NCBI GenBank assembly: GCA_964344705.1
Contig: CAYFOG010000001.1
Span: 2,172-46,983 of the forward strand
Length of the DNA stretch: 44,812 nt
From: Candidatus Woesearchaeota archaeon
GTDB taxonomy: Archaea; Nanobdellota; Nanobdellia; UBA10117; ARS21
Reading direction: 5' to 3'
The position numbers were made by a program, and so were the translations under genes. Shown piece after piece: positions 21,741 to 29,599 of the stretch (within the stretch, counting starts at the first letter, position 1; the number at the start of each line of letters is the position of its first letter). The notes below the pieces were generated by a model, which was not told the DNA's origin, did no database searches, and saw only the letters and a program-made list of their open reading frames with translations.

Positions 21741-24700
21741 ACCACTTTTTATAGTCAGCAATTTAGCAGTAATTTTAGGAATTTCTATTCTTGTCTTAAG
21801 CGGTTTAATTTTTGTAACATTTAATGCTCCAACAGGATTTTTCGAAGGCACAATATCTGGATTTACAACTGCAGATTTGAATGATTCAAATTCTACAAAT
21901 GACGCGGCAGTTAATTTGAATGGATTTGAACAAGGAACTGCGGTTGTTGGTCAAGAGGTTGAGTGGATTAATCCTGGAACAAATGAACTTGTTACGACGA
22001 CAGCACCCGAGGTTAGCGAAACTAGTGAATCGGAAGTTGATGGTAAACTTCAAAAGAAAGTTACTGTTGCTTCTGATTTTCACTATCAAAATGTTTTGAC
22101 ATATGCGTCGATTCCTGACTTGACTCCAGCTCAAGTTAAGTTGTATTGGATTATTGATGGAGTTAAGACTGATGTTACAGATAGAGAAGATTTTAATGTA
22201 ACTTTTTACGATGAGAACAATGATGAATTAATTGACAAAATTTCTTGGATTACACCACATTTATCTACGCAGGAATTCATTCTTGAGTTTGATATAACAG
22301 TTATCAATCCTTGGGAATTCGGACAAAGTGGTGGAGAATGGGTCGTATATTTTGATACAACTGGAACGGGAACTTTGAATATTACAAAAGATGATTTGTC
22401 AAATTCAGTTTTGACGTTTAATTATTTGAAATGTGGGGCTACTGATGTTCCGTATAGTTATGTTGGACAATCTTATGTTGTTGAAAATTATACTTGTTCT
22501 GAAACTGCAACAATTGGTCATACAATTGGAGATATGCCTAATGAAATATTTTCTTTGAGGTTTGATTTCGGAAATGATTTACAAAATGATGTGGATTTTG
22601 CTTATGATCCTGCCATGTGTTTACCTTGGCCAACAGGTATGCCTGGTGAACCAGATTGTTCTGCGTGTGTTCCCGAAGGATTTGTAGGTTTTGATATTGA
22701 TCCAAGCGTTGATGGTGCTTGTTATAGTGATCCGTTTTGTGCAACGCCGTGTGGCGGGGGTGGCCCTCCACCAAACAATGCACCTGTGGCCGTAGCAGAT
22801 TCATATGTTGTTAATGAAGACACTCAGCTCTCTGTTTCTGCGCCAGGCGTTATTAGTAATGATACTGATGCAGATGGAGATTCATTAACTGCTACATTGA
22901 ATACTGACGTATCAAATGGAACACTTTCCTTAAACTCAGATGGTTCATTTACATATACGGGAGATTCAAATTTTAATGGAATTGATACTTTCAAATATTA
23001 TGTTAGTGACGGAACAGATACATCAGATCTTGCAACGGTCACAATTACAGTAACTGCAGTTAATGATGCGCCCAGCGCACCAAGTCTTTCTTTGAGTCCA
23101 TCCACAATTTATGCTTATCAAACGTTGACTGCTTCTGCGTCTGGAAGCACCGATCCTGAAGGAGATACACTTTCATCTTATTACTATGAATTCTATAATA
23201 AGAACGATGCGACCACAGTTCAGTCATATTCTACGACTGCGACATATTCAATTCAATCAACAGACGATAATGATGAAATAAGAGTTCGTACAAAAGTTGA
23301 TGATGGTGTTGTAAATTCTTCTGAGACTACTAAATTAATTAATGTTAGTGACTCAGTTCTTTGTGGAGATACATTAAGTGCTTCAACAACGCTAAATCAT
23401 AATATTACTGACTGTACTAGTGACAATTTTTTAACAATCTCAGGAAATAACAGAGTTATTGATTGTAACGGATACACAATTCAAGGTACTGCCAACACTG
23501 CTTTTTATCTTGGAACGGGAAATTCTGGATCAACTATTAAGAATTGCAATCTCAAATTAAATGGACCAACCAGTAAAAATGGAATTGTTGGATATACAAC
23601 TACGGGATTAACTATTCAGAATAATACAATTAATGTAACGAGTCACCAAGCAATATATCTTGGAACTCGAAGCGCCAATTCAACAATACAGGGAAACACC
23701 TTTATTGGAGATAATTCTAATCCTCTTGTTTATTTGGTTAATGAACCTTTCAATATTACAGTAAGAGATAATAGTTTTACGGAAGGCAACCGTTACGCAA
23801 TTAGATATTATAATGGAAGCAAACATAATAAAATAATAAATAATACTATAACTACTTCAACTTACGGAATTCAATTATATTCAGGAACTTATAATACTAC
23901 TATTGAGAATAATACTCTTACTTGTTCTGGAAATTATTGTGTACAAATTCGTGGCAACGCGAGCGAGAATACAGTGTATAATAATACTCTGATTAATGGA
24001 GGTTATTCTTTATCTTTAAATACCAATGTAACAAAAACTTTGGTTTACAATAATACTATTTCAACCAACTCTTCAGATGGAACCCGAGCAGTCAGATTTA
24101 CAAACGCAAGTCATAACAGAATTTACAATAATACTCTAACTACTTTTGATCAAGGAATTCAAATTTATCTTGAATCTGTCAACAATTCATTTTTAGACAA
24201 TACAATTACTGCAACAGATGATATTGGAATTGAAATACATACTCGTTCATCAAACAATACAATTACTGGAAACACTATGACAATATCTGACGATTATGGA
24301 ATTCGTTTTCTTATTGACTCGTCAGATAATCTTGTAAAAAATAATGTAATAACTGTTACAGATGCTTATGCTTTATCATTTGAGACTAACTCTAAGAACA
24401 ACATTGCTTGGAATAATAATTTCTCAACAAATAGATTAGCTATTCGTGATATAACTTCTGCTACCGAGTTTAATTCACTAGTTTACAATAATTCTTTCGG
24501 AGAGATTAATTTTAATTCAACCTCTTTGACTGAAAATGAGGGCGGAACGTTCGGATTGGGACAAAACCTATCTTTGTTGAGCAATGAAGTTTTTGTCAAT
24601 ATAACTCATTTCCCTAGCTTCAATAGTTCGTCGCGAATAATTATTTTTGGAACTGATGCACTGGGACTTGCAACACGAAAACCTTATCAGGACGGTGCCG

Positions 24701-27012
24701 CGTGCGATTCAAGTATTTGTACGGAAATATCAGATGCTGATATTTACAAATTTAATGTTACAACTTTGACAACCAATAAGAGATACAATTTTAGTGTTGG
24801 TACTGGTGAGTGTATGTCTGCATCAGGAAATGTTTTCGATATTAGTTCTGATACTTCATGTAGTTCTGAAACAATTTCAGACGTAAATAGTGAATTACGA
24901 TTGGGTGCAGGAAATTTGAAGTTAGACAAAGGGAATTTTGAATATTTAATTTTGAATATGACTGATGCTAACTCAATTTTGAATATAACTAATTCTAATT
25001 TTAGTTCCGCAGGCACCGCAGATATTAAAAACAAGTTGATAATATTGGACTCAACATTTAATATCTCAAATGGCTTAACAAGATTTTATCCTGGTTCAAA
25101 ATCAACATTCATCAATTCAACACTGATTACAAACAATTCAATTATTCACGGAAGCTTTGACATTGACCCCTCTAATTGGACCAACTATGGAAACTTAACG
25201 GTAAACAACACAGTTAATGTAACTGACACAACACTCAATGTTACTGATGATATAATCGTTCTAAATAATGGTTGGTTGAATGTTACAAATTCAACTGTAT
25301 ATTCCAGGGGAACTAATGTAACCGGAAACGTTACTATTGACCCTTCAACTTGGGAAGAGCACGGAGATTTGATTGTTGGACCTGGAGGAATGATGGATTT
25401 CATTGACACGGGAGTAATTGTTCATGGAAAAGTTATTGTTGATGGCGGAACGCTGAACTTCTTGCTTGATTCAATTCTTCAAATGAATGCAGATAATCTT
25501 CCAGCGGGAAACTCAGATGTTACAATACAAGATATTGGCTTAGATGCCGGACTAATGTATGTTGATCCGTCTAGCAGGATGGAGCGCAATTCTACTACAA
25601 ATTATAACGTCAAAGCAACTGCGGGCGGAGAACTTAGAATGTATGGTAACGCGACAGATATAGAAGATTTAACCATTGCTTCAGATTCAGTACTTACTTT
25701 CAATGCGGCACCATCTATGGAAGTTGAAGGAACTACTAGTTTAGATGGTACACTTACTATGGCCAGTTCACATTTTGTTTCAAACGGAACCGGAACACTT
25801 TCAATAACTGGAGCAAATTTCTACAACTTGTCTGTGCAGACTGGAACTACAACTTTAGGTTCCGCAGTAACTGTAGATAATTTATTATTGGTTCCTGGAA
25901 CTTTGACAACTAGCGATAATTCAGTAACTACTCCGAAGTTGGATTTGGATGGAACAATTAATGCGGGTTCTTCTGTTGTGACTGTCAATGGAAATGCAAA
26001 CATGACGGGTGGAACTTATACTGCTGGAAATTCCAAATTGATTTTGGGAGGAACGGGTGTTTTCAATCCTGGAGGAAATTCATTTGATAGTTTGAATGTT
26101 AGTAGCGGTAATAATGCGAGACTGGAAGGAGTAGCTACAATTAATCGATTATTCTGTCCAATCGGAGTTTACAATATTAGCGGAAATTCAAATCTGACGT
26201 TAAATCGTTCACAACAAGTTTGTTCAACGCAAGCATACTGGAATATCTCGCTTCACAATGGAAAGATAATCAATGCTTCGATTAATGGAACTAACATAAC
26301 TCACATCAATGGCTCCAATGTTGTTATCCATCCAATCTCAAGTTTCATCCTTGACGCAGGAAACTTCAGAAATGTTTCTTCCTACATAAATATAACGGCT
26401 TCTACTGGAACTTCTTCAGTTGATGTTAATGTTTCTTATCGTGACGAAGATGTCAATGATGTTTCGGAAAGCACAATTAAAATATTTAGATATACAGGAA
26501 GCGCTTGGAGTGAACTTACTGGCTCGACAGTGAATACTGCAACCAATATTATTTCAGCAACACTCAACACATTCTCATTGTTTGGAGGAGGAGGACATGA
26601 GAAATCTGTAGCTATTGCTTTATCTCCAAACTTATCCAGCAACGTAGGATGGACAGTTTCAAACACAACCGGATTGGAATGGATGGGACACAACAATAAT
26701 GGAACTGGACCGACAGGATACTACATTAATATTAGCGCAAATCAAACAACAGTCAATTTAACAATTAAGGCAGATGGAGCGCTTTCAAGCGGAGGAAATA
26801 GTATTGCGTTGACGTATTTCAATTACTCATACAACAATTCAGATAGAACGACACCGGGACCAAACAAATCAATCACTACGACAGCAACAAGCATAGGAAA
26901 TCAACTTGCAAATAAATCAGTAACTTGGTTGAAATTCTTCCTGACCGTTCCTACCCGACAGGCTGCTGGAAACTATACTAATGTAGTTACTATTGCTGCA
27001 ACAGCATCATAA
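21727..27012 (+). CDS. Giant (1761 aa) N-terminally anchored surface protein. It contains a cadherin/VCBS-like module, a PKD/Ig-like module, a right-handed parallel beta-helix (PbH1/NosD-like) array, and a C-terminal module shared with two downstream proteins.
   Basis: - N-terminal TM: FIVSNLAVILGISILVLSGLIFV.
- Cys-rich linker plus GGGGPPP.
- NNAPVAVADSY...NDTDADGDSL...TVTAVNDAP at 22777-23070.
- About 14 repeats of (I/V)xNN(T/V)(I/L) from ~23359 to 24456.
- Very many N-x-S/T sequons.
- Last 138 aa at 26596-27009. Confidence 0.85.
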   Translation: MEKNRPLFIVSNLAVILGISILVLSGLIFVTFNAPTGFFEGTISGFTTADLNDSNSTNDAAVNLNGFEQGTAVVGQEVEWINPGTNELVTTTAPEVSETSESEVDGKLQKKVTVASDFHYQNVLTYASIPDLTPAQVKLYWIIDGVKTDVTDREDFNVTFYDENNDELIDKISWITPHLSTQEFILEFDITVINPWEFGQSGGEWVVYFDTTGTGTLNITKDDLSNSVLTFNYLKCGATDVPYSYVGQSYVVENYTCSETATIGHTIGDMPNEIFSLRFDFGNDLQNDVDFAYDPAMCLPWPTGMPGEPDCSACVPEGFVGFDIDPSVDGACYSDPFCATPCGGGGPPPNNAPVAVADSYVVNEDTQLSVSAPGVISNDTDADGDSLTATLNTDVSNGTLSLNSDGSFTYTGDSNFNGIDTFKYYVSDGTDTSDLATVTITVTAVNDAPSAPSLSLSPSTIYAYQTLTASASGSTDPEGDTLSSYYYEFYNKNDATTVQSYSTTATYSIQSTDDNDEIRVRTKVDDGVVNSSETTKLINVSDSVLCGDTLSASTTLNHNITDCTSDNFLTISGNNRVIDCNGYTIQGTANTAFYLGTGNSGSTIKNCNLKLNGPTSKNGIVGYTTTGLTIQNNTINVTSHQAIYLGTRSANSTIQGNTFIGDNSNPLVYLVNEPFNITVRDNSFTEGNRYAIRYYNGSKHNKIINNTITTSTYGIQLYSGTYNTTIENNTLTCSGNYCVQIRGNASENTVYNNTLINGGYSLSLNTNVTKTLVYNNTISTNSSDGTRAVRFTNASHNRIYNNTLTTFDQGIQIYLESVNNSFLDNTITATDDIGIEIHTRSSNNTITGNTMTISDDYGIRFLIDSSDNLVKNNVITVTDAYALSFETNSKNNIAWNNNFSTNRLAIRDITSATEFNSLVYNNSFGEINFNSTSLTENEGGTFGLGQNLSLLSNEVFVNITHFPSFNSSSRIIIFGTDALGLATRKPYQDGAACDSSICTEISDADIYKFNVTTLTTNKRYNFSVGTGECMSASGNVFDISSDTSCSSETISDVNSELRLGAGNLKLDKGNFEYLILNMTDANSILNITNSNFSSAGTADIKNKLIILDSTFNISNGLTRFYPGSKSTFINSTLITNNSIIHGSFDIDPSNWTNYGNLTVNNTVNVTDTTLNVTDDIIVLNNGWLNVTNSTVYSRGTNVTGNVTIDPSTWEEHGDLIVGPGGMMDFIDTGVIVHGKVIVDGGTLNFLLDSILQMNADNLPAGNSDVTIQDIGLDAGLMYVDPSSRMERNSTTNYNVKATAGGELRMYGNATDIEDLTIASDSVLTFNAAPSMEVEGTTSLDGTLTMASSHFVSNGTGTLSITGANFYNLSVQTGTTTLGSAVTVDNLLLVPGTLTTSDNSVTTPKLDLDGTINAGSSVVTVNGNANMTGGTYTAGNSKLILGGTGVFNPGGNSFDSLNVSSGNNARLEGVATINRLFCPIGVYNISGNSNLTLNRSQQVCSTQAYWNISLHNGKIINASINGTNITHINGSNVVIHPISSFILDAGNFRNVSSYINITASTGTSSVDVNVSYRDEDVNDVSESTIKIFRYTGSAWSELTGSTVNTATNIISATLNTFSLFGGGGHEKSVAIALSPNLSSNVGWTVSNTTGLEWMGHNNNGTGPTGYYINISANQTTVNLTIKADGALSSGGNSIALTYFNYSYNNSDRTTPGPNKSITTTATSIGNQLANKSVTWLKFFLTVPTRQAAGNYTNVVTIAATAS

Positions 27013-27013
27013 A

Positions 27014-27160
27014 ATGAAAGAAAGAATTACAGTGAGCATTGAAAGAAGATTGCTTAAGAAAGTGGATTCAAGTATTGATAAGTATTTGTTTGCGAATAGA
27101 AGTCACGGATTTGAATATTTAGTTGCGGAGGAAAAGAGAAAGTCTAAAAGTAGGAGATGA
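27014..27160 (+). CDS. Ribbon-helix-helix small protein, 48 aa, paralogue of 21606-21740 (absent from the ORF track)
   Basis: My translation: MKERITVSIERRLLKKVDSSIDKYLFANRSHGFEYLVAEEKRKSKSRR. It aligns with the first RHH (R-I-[ST]-[IV]-[ST]-I-[DE]..LL.K.[IV]D....RSH..EY.V). It starts 2 nt after the giant gene's stop, and its TGA overlaps the next ATG. Confidence 0.6.
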   Translation: MKERITVSIERRLLKKVDSSIDKYLFANRSHGFEYLVAEEKRKSKSRR

Positions 27161-27903
27161 TAATGGATACTATGAAGAAGTTCTTGGCATTGATGATTAT
27201 TTTCACAGTTTTAGTTAGTCCAGTTATTGCTTTGAAAGGCGTCGGAATTAAGTACGGAGTTGAATACACTACTGTTGGTGAAGGTGCTGAAACTTGTCTT
27301 AGTTATGGAGTTTACAATCCTTGGGATGAAAGCGTTGTTGCCGAGTTAACTGCTGACGGAGAACTAGAACAATTTATTCATAAAACTCATAGCAAAAGAA
27401 TTCCAGCAGGAACAAACAGTGGAGACGCGATTAAGATCAATGTTTGTTTTGATGTCCCAAAAGGAACTTTAGATAGTTGTGATGAGCCAAAAGTTTTTGA
27501 GGGAACAGTTATTGCTCGTGAAAAGAAAGACGCCTTTATCAGCGGGAGTGGTTCAACGACATCAACGATGGTGTCTGCACCTCTAACTCTTGAAATTATT
27601 TGTGGCGAAGGTGTTACTGGAGCAGCAGTTGCTGGAGTTTTAAGCGGAAGTTTAGGAGTTGGAGCAATACTGATTGCAATATTAGCAGTGTTAGGTTACG
27701 GTGTTGCCAGATTTAGAAAGAGACAGCAACCACTATCTTCTCAGCCTGTTGAAGCCCATACGGTGCGAGAGATTTACATGCAAAAATATGGAGAACTTAT
27801 GACGCTCCATGCTAGAATCAAAGCAGGAGAGAGTAATCCTGAGCTTTTGAGACAATATCAATCTTTACGTGAATATTTGGAACACCTAAGATCAGATATG
27901 TAA
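27157..27903 (+). CDS. Signal-peptide beta-rich ectodomain protein with a C-terminal TM anchor and a helical cytoplasmic tail
   Basis: Signal peptide MKKFLALMIIFTVLVSPVIA. Ectodomain of about 130 aa. TM GVGAILIAILAVLGYGVA followed by RFRKRQQ and a 60-aa helical tail. AGGAG at 27152-27156 favours the in-frame ATG at 27163. Confidence 0.7.
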   Translation: MIMDTMKKFLALMIIFTVLVSPVIALKGVGIKYGVEYTTVGEGAETCLSYGVYNPWDESVVAELTADGELEQFIHKTHSKRIPAGTNSGDAIKINVCFDVPKGTLDSCDEPKVFEGTVIAREKKDAFISGSGSTTSTMVSAPLTLEIICGEGVTGAAVAGVLSGSLGVGAILIAILAVLGYGVARFRKRQQPLSSQPVEAHTVREIYMQKYGELMTLHARIKAGESNPELLRQYQSLREYLEHLRSDM

Positions 27904-27917
27904 ACCTTTTTTACATA

Positions 27918-27974
27918 TGTTAACAGTGTTAACAAAGATAAGATATATAAACAAGTATGTTAATATTGTTAACA
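27918..27974. promoter_or_regulatory. Four TGTTAA(C/T)A sites in two 9-bp-spaced pairs flanking a TATA-like box
   Basis: TGTTAACA at 27918-27925, 27927-27934 and 27967-27974. TGTTAATA at 27958-27965. ATATATAAA at about 27943-27951 lies between the pairs. The pairs are 40 bp apart and sit immediately upstream of the 27976 start. Confidence 0.45.
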
Positions 27975-27975
27975 G

Positions 27976-28470
27976 TTGGGTGGTAGATTGAATAAGTCAA
28001 TCAAAGGTAGACAGATTTATGTATATTCTACTAGTCACCTGACTCCAACTGAGCGTGTAAAGTTCTTCTACGCTCTGAAGGGCCGGAACGGCAAGCCTGG
28101 AATTCTAGATACCACCCAATCTATTTTTTTGGCTAAAACCGTTCTAAGCGTTCTTCCTAACCAGGCTAGGGAGATTGAGCAGTTCCTGAAAACTTGGGGC
28201 TGCAAATTTTCTGTCAAGAAGGTTAAAACTTCTGGCAAACCTACGCACGCAATTGTTCGTTATTCTACCATCCATTTGAATGCGACAGGACGTGTAAAAT
28301 TTGTTTATGCATTGCATGGACGAGGCAGTTCTGAAGGAATTTTAAGACCTGGCGAAATGATGGCGAAGACTATTTTGTTTGTACCTATCAAACGTCTAGC
28401 TGAAATTAAGGCCTTCTTGGAGAGCTGGAACTGCAAACTATTGATTGAGGAGGTGGAAGCTAGTGAGTAA
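27976..28470 (+). CDS. Hypothetical protein made of two tandem ~80-aa repeats (predicted alpha/beta), TTG start
   Basis: Repeat 1 is IYVYSTSHLTPTERVKFFYALKGRNGKPGILDTT..LAKTVLSV..QAREIEQFLKTWGCKFSVKKV. Repeat 2 is IVRYSTIHLNATGRVKFVYALHGRGSSEGILRPG..MAKTILFV..RLAEIKAFLESWNCKLLIEEV. No family recognised. Confidence 0.6.
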   Translation: MGGRLNKSIKGRQIYVYSTSHLTPTERVKFFYALKGRNGKPGILDTTQSIFLAKTVLSVLPNQAREIEQFLKTWGCKFSVKKVKTSGKPTHAIVRYSTIHLNATGRVKFVYALHGRGSSEGILRPGEMMAKTILFVPIKRLAEIKAFLESWNCKLLIEEVEASE

Positions 28471-29332
28471 GATAAGCCGATTGAGACAGGAATTGAATCA
28501 TGTTGCTAAGCTTAGGTCTGAACTTCATGCAGATAGAGAGAAACTTGCAAAGAGAATTCATGCACTGAACAGACAATACAAGCAATCTGAGATAACTCAT
28601 CAAAACTACTCAGAACAATTCGAAGACTTGCTTGGAAATAGGACTCTTGAAGATCATGAACGAAGATATCATAGACGAATTGAAGAGTTAAGGCATCGTG
28701 AGCACGCAATAAATCATAGCATTGGTCGAGCAGAAGCAAACAAATCAGCAATGATTAAGGCAATCATATTGTCTGCTATGATGTTGATGGCAGTTACTGT
28801 TCCAATAGTAATGTTTGATGGAGGAGTAACAGGATTTGCTACATCGCAATCAACAACTACAACGGCAACAGCAGAGATTGTTTATTACTATGCGTTGGCA
28901 GAATCTGCAGACTTCAGTGCCGGAATAGATTTCAGCAGTTTAGCTCATAATACTCAGAACAACAATGCTAGTTCGAACTATGAGAACTCAGGAACAGGAT
29001 ATGCTTTGAATCTATCTACAGATTCGAATACAGATGTATCGATATGTGTAAAGGCAAATACTGATTTGAAGATACATACAAGTCCAAGTAACTTGATTGG
29101 AATCGGAAATATGACGTTCAATGCTTCCATCACCAACTCAACTAGCTTACCTGCCTTTGGAAATAGAACTGAAATGAATAGCTCAATCTTCAGAAACGCA
29201 ACTCATAACTTGGGAGCTGGAAATGCAACCTTCTTCAGATTCTGGCTGACAGTTCCCGATGGAACTGTGTCAGGCACTTACAATAACTCAGCAACCTTCA
29301 AGGCAATCAGGACCGGAGATGCTTGCGCATAG
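28463..29332 (+). CDS. Bitopic protein with a cytoplasmic coiled coil, one TM, and an extracellular module homologous to the giant protein's C-terminus
   Basis: GTG 28463 is preceded by GGAGGTG (28449-28455), which is complementary to the 16S 3' end. TM AIILSAMMLMAVTVPIVMF. The ectodomain (28871-29329) ends in FFRFWLTVPDGTVSGTYNNSATFKA. Confidence 0.7.
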   Translation: MSKISRLRQELNHVAKLRSELHADREKLAKRIHALNRQYKQSEITHQNYSEQFEDLLGNRTLEDHERRYHRRIEELRHREHAINHSIGRAEANKSAMIKAIILSAMMLMAVTVPIVMFDGGVTGFATSQSTTTTATAEIVYYYALAESADFSAGIDFSSLAHNTQNNNASSNYENSGTGYALNLSTDSNTDVSICVKANTDLKIHTSPSNLIGIGNMTFNASITNSTSLPAFGNRTEMNSSIFRNATHNLGAGNATFFRFWLTVPDGTVSGTYNNSATFKAIRTGDACA

Positions 29333-29380
29333 CGCTTTGTTTTAAGAAATGTTTAAATAGAAAGTAAGTTTCTACTTGAT

Positions 29381-29599
29381 ATGAATTTAGACTTCTCAGA
29401 TAGGAAGATTTTGGCAGCAGGGATGGTACTTTTGGTTGTTGCTGCAGGTTTAGGAGTGCTCTGGATTGTAGATAATGCTACGTCTGAGACTCCAGTTCTT
29501 CAAACTTCTACTACTGGGTCGTTTATGATTGAAGTTACTGATAATAGTTTAGATAATGGCGAAGAAAGCACAGCGACGGAAACAGACTCGGCGGGTTGA
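29381..29599 (+). CDS. Small TM protein (72 aa) with a post-TM GSFMIEV strand and an acidic tail
   Basis: TTTAAATA at 29352-29359 lies about 25 nt upstream of the ATG. TM ILAAGMVLLVVAAGLGVLWIV. It overlaps the next ORF by 44 nt in another frame, so its coding status is uncertain. Confidence 0.4.
   Translation: MNLDFSDRKILAAGMVLLVVAAGLGVLWIVDNATSETPVLQTSTTGSFMIEVTDNSLDNGEESTATETDSAG

Noticed and set aside
23359-24456. Regular ~66-75-nt periodicity that could be mistaken for a repeat array or CRISPR.
   Set aside because: The periodicity is at the protein level (PbH1 beta-helix turns, xNNTI). The units are divergent in DNA, lie in one open frame, and have no identical direct repeats separated by unique spacers. 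I saw no CRISPR array anywhere in the window.
21886-26696. Antisense ORFs inside the giant gene (21886-22134, 22538-22804, 24744-25034, 25185-25409, 25821-26003, 26436-26696).
   Set aside because: These are shadow frames of a long, compositionally biased coding region. They have no start context or motifs.
26920-29310. Homology of the F-W-L-T-V-P motif to the Gram-positive WxL domain.
   Set aside because: As I recall the WxL domain, the G-x-Y element precedes the W-x-L. Here the order is reversed, and peptidoglycan binding makes no sense for an archaeon. I keep it only as an architectural analogy.
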